DNA from: Comamonadaceae bacterium
GTDB taxonomy: Bacteria > Pseudomonadota > Gammaproteobacteria > Burkholderiales > Burkholderiaceae_C
Direction of reading: 5' to 3'
Length of the DNA: 53,491 bases
NCBI GenBank assembly: GCA_947464665.1
Contig: CANHXV010000001.1
Coordinates: forward strand, 1 to 53,491
Under the pieces are notes generated by a model. That model did no database searches and had not been told where the DNA came from. It was given only the letters and a program-made list of their open reading frames with translations. Positions 47,896 to 53,491 of the stretch are shown here, piece after piece. The translations under genes and the position numbers were made by a program. The stretch's first letter is position 1, and each line of letters begins with the position of its first letter.

Positions 47896-47946
47896 AGTGA
47901 CTCATCAGCATTTGGCCTCAGGCTCAAGTCCTGGTGTGCCCAATCA
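47896..47946 (+). mobile_element. Decayed 3' half of a tRNA with CAT anticodon (Ile2/Met), att-site-like scar
   Basis: AGTGA-CTCATCA-GCATT (anticodon arm), TGGCC (variable loop), TCAGG-CTCAAGT-CCTGG (T arm) and TGTGCCC-AATCA (acceptor 3' strand with eroded ACCA). No D arm or 5' half upstream. Confidence 0.65.
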
Positions 47947-48049
47947 TCATCATGAAGTCAATGATTTAGGGCCGTGACTTTCATCGTTTAAGGGTCTGTG
48001 CTTTGAAGAGTGATCATGCAGGTGTGTTGAATTTTTCGTCTCTGAATTC

Positions 48050-48068
48050 TTGCCACAAAACTGTAACG
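48050..48068 (+). promoter_or_regulatory. Pho box (upstream copy)
   Basis: TTGCCAC-AAAA-CTGTAAC, with half-sites 11 bp apart, upstream of phoX. Confidence 0.65.
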
Positions 48069-48140
48069 CTGTTGAAAAAATTGTGCAATGCAAGTTCTAG
48101 GGAGAACCACGCAGTAACTTTTTTTAAGAGCTTACGTTGA

Positions 48141-48170
48141 TCGTCACATAAATGTAACAGCGACTGTTCA
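48141..48170 (+). promoter_or_regulatory. Pho box (three half-sites)
   Basis: TCGTCAC-ATAA-ATGTAAC-AGCG-ACTGTTCA. The first two half-sites are 11 bp apart and the third is offset by one base. About 30 nt before the phoX start. Confidence 0.75.
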
Positions 48171-48201
48171 GAATTAAGTTTCTTAACCAAAGGAGCTTTA
48201 C

Positions 48202-50496
48202 GTGTCTCACTCATTCGACCCTATCGACAACACTTCCAACAACGAGCACTTCCAAGAAGTTCTCAAAAACGCGCTGAGCAACCCCTCGCGTCGGTCTATT
48301 TTGCGCGGCGGTTTGGGTTTGGCATCCATGTTTGCTTTGCCCATGTTGCCTGGCTGCGGCGGCTCTTCCACCGCAGCGAGCACTGGATTGCCTGCTTTGG
48401 CCAGCAGCAGCCTAATGAAATTCACACCGGTCGCCAAGAGCATTGCCGACCAAGTTTGGGTCCCCGCAGGCTACACCGCCAAAGTTCTGCATGCCACTGG
48501 CGATACCATCAAAGCAGGTGTAACTGCCTACTCCAATGCAGGCGCCGAAGACGCTGAAAGCTGGGCCAACCGCGTGGGTGACCAGCATGACGGCACTGAG
48601 ATTTTCTACATCGGCTCCAACGGCAAATCCAAAGGCAGCTACAGCTACGCAGCTGGCGATAAAGCCGTTCTTGCCGTCAACAATGAAAGCTCGGCAGAAG
48701 CGCACTTGCTGCATCCGACCGGCCAAACCTCTGGCGCCGCCATCGGTAAAAAATTCGACCAATTCGGCTCCTGGCCCATGGGTGTTCGTCCTGCGTCTGA
48801 AGCCATCAAAGAAATTTTGTCGCACGGCGTCACGCTGGTGGAAGTGAACTTGGACGCGGGTGGCAAGCCCATCGGCTACAACGCAACATCTTCTTTGAAC
48901 CGCAGAATCACTCCTGAAACCGTCATGACGGTGACGGGCCCTGCTGCTGAGTTGGCCAATTTGAAAGCCATGATGGTCACCAAATTTGACCCCACGGGCA
49001 CCACCACGCGCGGCACGCTGAACAACTGCGGCACTGGCATCACCCCGTGGGGCACCTTGATCACTTGTGAAGAAAACTGGGCCACCTACTTCACCATGCC
49101 AGCGGGCGCAACGGTGCCCACCGACGCTAAGTTGATCGCCTCACGCACACGCTATGGTGTTCAGACCACCGCCACTTCAGCCACCGCCACGACCTCGCGT
49201 ACGCAAGGCTGGCACACGGTGACCGATGCTGACCCCACATCTAGGTTTGCCCGTTGGAACGTGTCCGCTTCGGGCGCGACTGCAGCTGCTGACTTCCGCA
49301 ACGAGCCACAAACCTTTGGCTACAACGTTGAAATCGATCCAGCCAATCCCGCCTCTGTGCCTTCAAAACGCATGGCCATGGGCCGCTTTGCTCATGAGGC
49401 CGCTGTTTGCGGTATCCCAGTGGTCGGTAAGCCCTTGGCCTTCTACATGGGCTGCGATTCACGCAACGAATACATCTACAAATTTGTCAGCACCAAGACC
49501 TGGGACGCAGCCGACATTGGTGGTGGCATCGCAGCAGGCGATAAATACCTCACCGAGGGCAAGTTGTACGCCGCCAAGTTCGACGAAACGGGCAAAGGTG
49601 AGTGGTTGGAACTCAGCATCAACAACCCTTTGATCAAGGCCGCTGCTTTCGGCTTTGCCAGCCAGGCCGAAGTGTTGGTGCACACGCGAGTTGCCGCAGA
49701 CGCCGCAGGCGCAACCAAAATGGACAGGCCAGAGTGGGGCGCGGTCAACCACGCAAACGGCGAGATCTATTTTGCATTGACCAACAATACTGCAGCAAAC
49801 AGAGTGCCAGGCAAGACCGATGCCGCCAACCCACGCGCTTACAAAGACAACGACGGCCTGGGTCGGGATGGAAATCCCAACGGACACATCATTCGTTTCA
49901 GAGAAACCAATAACATGGCAGAGGCCACCACCTTCACCTGGGACATTTTCTTGTTCGGTGCAGAAGAAGATTCATCTTCAGTCAACGTCAATCTTTCTGG
50001 TCTGACTGCAGCCAACTCTTTCTCCTCGCCAGATGGCTTGTGGTTCAGCAAGTCCACCGGCATTTGCTGGATCCAGACCGACGACGGCGCTTTCACCGAC
50101 GAAACCAATTGCATGTTGGTTGCCGCTGTACCAGGCACCGTGGGCGATGGTGGTGCCTTCACCGTCAGAAACGCCGTAACAGTGGCTGGCGCAACTCAGA
50201 CAGCTGCCCAAAACACCTTCGTGGGTGGTATCTTGGGTGAGTCACGCTTGCGCCGTTTCTTGGTTGGCCCCAAGGGCGCAGAAGTAACGGGCATCACTGA
50301 GACCGCCGACGGCAAAGCGATTTTTGTGGGTATTCAGCACCCCGCTGAAGAAGCCGCGGCTTATAACGACGGCACAAAAGGCGTCTGGCCTACCAATGCC
50401 AACAACGGCGTGGGTGGCGTTTACGGTGCAGGTACCCGTGCACGTTCAGCCACCATCGTCATCACCAAAGACGATGGCGGAATGATCGGGCTTTGA
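48202..50496 (+). CDS. phoX: PhoX family alkaline phosphatase, Tat-exported, probable lipoprotein
   Basis: SRRSIL Tat motif and LPGC lipobox, GDQHDG, GTLNNC..G.TPWGT..TCEEN, GRFAHE, KMDRPEW, SPDGL, WIQTD and IQHP. AAGGAG RBS and Pho boxes upstream. Confidence 0.95.
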   Translation: MSHSFDPIDNTSNNEHFQEVLKNALSNPSRRSILRGGLGLASMFALPMLPGCGGSSTAASTGLPALASSSLMKFTPVAKSIADQVWVPAGYTAKVLHATGDTIKAGVTAYSNAGAEDAESWANRVGDQHDGTEIFYIGSNGKSKGSYSYAAGDKAVLAVNNESSAEAHLLHPTGQTSGAAIGKKFDQFGSWPMGVRPASEAIKEILSHGVTLVEVNLDAGGKPIGYNATSSLNRRITPETVMTVTGPAAELANLKAMMVTKFDPTGTTTRGTLNNCGTGITPWGTLITCEENWATYFTMPAGATVPTDAKLIASRTRYGVQTTATSATATTSRTQGWHTVTDADPTSRFARWNVSASGATAAADFRNEPQTFGYNVEIDPANPASVPSKRMAMGRFAHEAAVCGIPVVGKPLAFYMGCDSRNEYIYKFVSTKTWDAADIGGGIAAGDKYLTEGKLYAAKFDETGKGEWLELSINNPLIKAAAFGFASQAEVLVHTRVAADAAGATKMDRPEWGAVNHANGEIYFALTNNTAANRVPGKTDAANPRAYKDNDGLGRDGNPNGHIIRFRETNNMAEATTFTWDIFLFGAEEDSSSVNVNLSGLTAANSFSSPDGLWFSKSTGICWIQTDDGAFTDETNCMLVAAVPGTVGDGGAFTVRNAVTVAGATQTAAQNTFVGGILGESRLRRFLVGPKGAEVTGITETADGKAIFVGIQHPAEEAAAYNDGTKGVWPTNANNGVGGVYGAGTRARSATIVITKDDGGMIGL

Positions 50497-50641
50497 TTCA
50501 ATGATAGGCGTTTCAACGGATAGGCGTTCAACCACTTGTGGCCAAGTACCGTACCGTTGAAACTCCTTCAATCCTTTAGGTGGATTCTCAGTGTGAGTTA
50601 ATTTTCCCCACGAGAATTCCGCCACATAAGGAGAGATTAAC

Positions 50642-50679
50642 AAACCCTCACTTGGATATTTCTTCGTGGGGGTTTTTTT
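50642..50679 (+). terminator. Rho-independent terminator downstream of phoX
   Basis: AAACCCTCAC pairs with GTGGGGGTTT, followed by a T-run. Confidence 0.65.
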
Positions 50680-50768
50680 CGGATTGTTTTTGATCTTCAG
50701 ATTATGGATTCAGGTCTTTTTACATTCTTAAGATACAAATAATGCGGTAAAAAAACGAGCTAATTCAC

Positions 50769-51818
50769 ATGTTTTCTCTCCAACCATTTTTATGGCGGTC
50801 CTTTGGAGTGCTCGCCATACTATTTTTTTTAGCGGCTTGTGGCGGTTCAGGTGCGGGGCCTAATGCCCTCACAGGCTCTGGTAATCAGACACCACCTGCT
50901 GCCGGTGCAGTTGTTTTAAAGCCGCCTGTTTTGTCTTTCACTGACACGGGCCTGAACGTGACCGACGGTGTCACACGCAATGGGATGTGGGCCGTCGAAA
51001 GCGTGGGAATTGATTGGGAATTCTCCCTGGACCAAGGCGCCAGTTGGACGCGCGGTTCAGGGGCCTCGTTTGAAGTCAAAGGCGACGGCGCCAAAATGAT
51101 TTGGGTGCGTGCACGGGACGACGCGGGCAACACCTCCGAGATCGTGTATGTCAACTGCGTTTTGGACACTACGGCACCTGCAGCTGTGGGCATCGCCGTT
51201 CAATCCGAGGGCGTGACCAACACATTGAAACTGTCGGGCATTGAACCGGGTGCTCGCTGGGAATACTCACTTGACGAGCAACGCTCATGGGCTGCAGGTA
51301 AAGGTGCCGCGCTTGGTATGTTGGGCAACAACTTGAGCAGGGTTTGGTTGCGCCAAGTTGATTTGGCCGGCAACGTTTCTGTTGCCCAAGGTTTTGACTT
51401 GCAAAATCCAAGCATGATGGTGCATGAAGCTGCAGGTGACCCTTTGCAGCCCAGCTTCTTGACAGCTGGATTGGAAACGTATGTGATCCATGGCGTTGTG
51501 GTGCGCGGTGATGCCGACTACGTGCGCTGGGATATTCCAAAAGGGCAACAGTTGGTGTCGCTCAAGTTGGTGCAGTACGTGTCGGAGGACGGCATTGCCT
51601 TTTATGCTTTGCAGCCAAACCGGGTATTTGATGCGGGGTTCGATGTCTCTCGCATGCTGGTGTATGGCCACATGGGGCCAACTGATTTGGCGCGTAATGT
51701 GTTAGCTGATGTACCCAAATCAAAACTCGGCGAGGGTGCCATGACGCTCTGGTTTCAGCAAACTGGATCACTGCCTACAAACTACGCCATCGAGCTTATT
51801 TTGACGGCCGCTGAATAA
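50769..51818 (+). CDS. Hypothetical lipoprotein with two Ig-like repeats
   Basis: Lipobox LAAC, then two copies of WE(F/Y)SLD...SW..G.G...W(V/L)R..D.AGN.S. Confidence 0.75.
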   Translation: MFSLQPFLWRSFGVLAILFFLAACGGSGAGPNALTGSGNQTPPAAGAVVLKPPVLSFTDTGLNVTDGVTRNGMWAVESVGIDWEFSLDQGASWTRGSGASFEVKGDGAKMIWVRARDDAGNTSEIVYVNCVLDTTAPAAVGIAVQSEGVTNTLKLSGIEPGARWEYSLDEQRSWAAGKGAALGMLGNNLSRVWLRQVDLAGNVSVAQGFDLQNPSMMVHEAAGDPLQPSFLTAGLETYVIHGVVVRGDADYVRWDIPKGQQLVSLKLVQYVSEDGIAFYALQPNRVFDAGFDVSRMLVYGHMGPTDLARNVLADVPKSKLGEGAMTLWFQQTGSLPTNYAIELILTAAE

Positions 51819-51890
51819 GTCCCAGTTTGGCATTTTGTTGGCCCTCGTCACAAGTCCTTGTCAATCGTGCCTTGAGGTGAATCGCCAAGC

Positions 51891-52673
51891 TTAGCGAAGG
51901 CGCCACTTCAAGCCCACTTGTAGTCTGTTGTTTCGTGGTTCATAGTCGCCCCTGGCAAGTCCGGGAGCAACAGTCACCCAACTGACATCCGAGTTGTCCA
52001 CCCATGTCCAGCGTGCATAAGGTTCCACCTCCCCTGTGGATGTATTGACTTTCTGACTGATTTGAAGGTAAACGCCCTTGCGCTGTTGGTTCGTGACATC
52101 TTGAAAATTGGGGTTGACTTGTGACAAGCGGGAAACATGCTCTCCCCACAAAAGCCAACCTGCATCCACCGCCCAAGGCTGAGCGCTGGCCGAGTGCCAA
52201 CGCACAGGTAACCACACTTGGGTAGACAGTCGGTCATAGCCCCCAAAACCCAAACTGGTCGTGCCTCGAAAAAAATTGGCATGGTTGTGCAAAGCCAGAC
52301 CGAATTGCCACTGGGGTTGGGCTGTTGACGCTCGGAGAGCTAGCCAGTGGGTGTCGACGTTCAGCACAGAGTTCAAACGTCCCGACTGCACGCTGCTGTA
52401 GTTTTGTAAGCCCAGATGCGCATTCGCTTCAAAGGTGAACGGTCCCAATTTTTGGCTTTGCCAATGCACGCCGAGTTCGGGGCCTTTCAAGTTCATTTGC
52501 GATTCGCTGTAATCCTGCCAACCTGCGCTTAGCTGCCAAGCACCCAAAGCTTGCACAGACTGCGCTTGGACCGGAAGGATGGCCCCGATAAAGACCCAAG
52601 CTGTGCATAGGCTCAAGAGCTGAGACTGATGGAGGAGACTCAAACACCGAATGTTGTGAAAAATCCAAAACAT
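51891..52673 (-). CDS. Hypothetical outer-membrane beta-barrel protein
   Basis: Signal peptide (...PVQA), alternating amphipathic strands, aromatic-rich sequence and C-terminal LQVGLKWRLR. Confidence 0.65.
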   Translation of the reverse strand: MFWIFHNIRCLSLLHQSQLLSLCTAWVFIGAILPVQAQSVQALGAWQLSAGWQDYSESQMNLKGPELGVHWQSQKLGPFTFEANAHLGLQNYSSVQSGRLNSVLNVDTHWLALRASTAQPQWQFGLALHNHANFFRGTTSLGFGGYDRLSTQVWLPVRWHSASAQPWAVDAGWLLWGEHVSRLSQVNPNFQDVTNQQRKGVYLQISQKVNTSTGEVEPYARWTWVDNSDVSWVTVAPGLARGDYEPRNNRLQVGLKWRLR

Positions 52674-52889
52674 GTCAAACCTTTAAACACCATTGGACCC
52701 ATTGTGGCGTTTGCCTTTGACGGTTTCAAGACAAGGGAAATAAAGCCTGGGCATTGTCTTTGATCCATTTAATCTAAAGATGAAACAGCTGTTTGAAGTC
52801 CTCCCACACTATGCTTCCATAGATGGTTTAGGATTACAGAACTTTACTTCGCTTCACAAAAAGTAAGAAACAAACTTTTAAGGAAAAAA

Positions 52890-53282
52890 ATGTTCAGTCA
52901 TGTCATGGTCGGTACCAACGATCTAGAAGCATCTAGAAAGTTTTATGACGCTGTTTTGAATACATTGGGAATTCCACCCGGCGTGTTCAACAACGGCACT
53001 CGTTATTTCTACCGCACTTCAAAAGGTTCTTTTTCCATCACCCAACCCATCGATGGGCAGCCTGCAACGCCTGCCAATGGTGGAACGATTGGATTTCTAG
53101 CAGAGTCAGCTGAGCAAGTTCTTGCGTTTCATGCCGCTGGCATTGCCAATGGTGGAACGACATGCGAAGACCCACCAGGACCCAGAGAAGGTCCATTTGG
53201 TTCTTTGAATCTTGCCTACCTTCGCGATCCGGCAGGTAATAAGATTTGCGCTTTGCACCGACCCCCTAAGCCACCTCAATAA
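52890..53282 (+). CDS. VOC/glyoxalase family protein
   Basis: FSHVMVGTNDLEASRKFYDAVL, NGGTIGF and YLRDPAGNKICA. AAGGA RBS. Confidence 0.93.
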   Translation: MFSHVMVGTNDLEASRKFYDAVLNTLGIPPGVFNNGTRYFYRTSKGSFSITQPIDGQPATPANGGTIGFLAESAEQVLAFHAAGIANGGTTCEDPPGPREGPFGSLNLAYLRDPAGNKICALHRPPKPPQ

Positions 53283-53303
53283 AAGGGCAGGCCTTACGTT
53301 TTT

Positions 53304-53333
53304 AAAGCTACTCATCCGAGTAGCTTTTTTTTT
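53304..53333 (+). terminator. Rho-independent terminator
   Basis: AAAGCTACTC-atcc-GAGTAGCTTT followed by a T-run, after the VOC gene. Confidence 0.88.
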
Positions 53334-53491
53334 GCTTTTTTAAATTGTATAAATGATTGAGATTTGCCCCTTCACTTTCGTTCACAAGCGCGGTGGCAGT
53401 TTTCTAGCAACTAAGCGCAAGCGCCAAGTGCATGTCAATCTTCAAAGAATTTGACAAAGTCTTATCAGTGTTTTCCCTTGAATTTTGAATG

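Noticed and set aside
47870-47946. Functional tRNA gene
   Set aside because: No 5' acceptor strand or D arm, and the T loop, anticodon arm and CCA end are mutated. Reported as an att-like scar instead.
50503-50532. Direct repeat GATAGGCGTT(T)CAAC as a CRISPR repeat
   Set aside because: Only two adjacent copies, with no spacers and no cas genes.
53404-53491. Open minus-strand frame at the window end (…IQNSRENTDKTLSNSLKIDMHLALALSC*)
   Set aside because: Too short to tell whether it is the 3' end of a real gene.
1-53491. Integrase, transposase, prophage or anti-phage defence genes
   Set aside because: No ORF shows such motifs, and nearly all long ORFs are explained as metabolic, transport, regulatory or envelope genes.

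Overview
A 53.5-kb gene-dense window from a roughly 50% GC bacterium. Bug/TTT receptor, panC, mdeB and phoX sequence types point to a Burkholderiales/Comamonadaceae organism (inference). It is a mosaic of accessory catabolic and nutrient-scavenging modules: (1) SDR, citryl-CoA-lyase-like protein, LysR, aldehyde dehydrogenase, Bug and alcohol dehydrogenase; (2) an IclR-linked operon of crotonase, split B12-dependent acyl-CoA mutase, family III CoA-transferase and MeaB, with non-canonical mutase active-site motifs; (3) a TauD-family gene with a CMD-family pseudogene, an isolated panC and a shikimate-dehydrogenase homolog; (4) an apparently 5'-truncated aldolase/FGGY-kinase operon; (5) zrgABCD-like metal transport genes; (6) an 18-kb co-oriented cluster that probably degrades an N-heterocycle (NicAB-like Mo hydroxylase, several C-N and C-C hydrolases, ABC transporter); (7) a TRAP transporter with an enolase-family dehydratase and a possible internally deleted regulator; (8) Lrp and mdeB, followed by a decayed tRNA(CAT) 3' half resembling an att scar; (9) phoX with Pho boxes, an Ig-repeat lipoprotein, a beta-barrel and a VOC protein. 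No CRISPR array, rRNA, intact tRNA, integrase or transposase was seen. The best candidates for undescribed systems are the B12-mutase/decarboxylase operon and the N-heterocycle cluster. Family assignments come from motif recognition by eye, not database searches.
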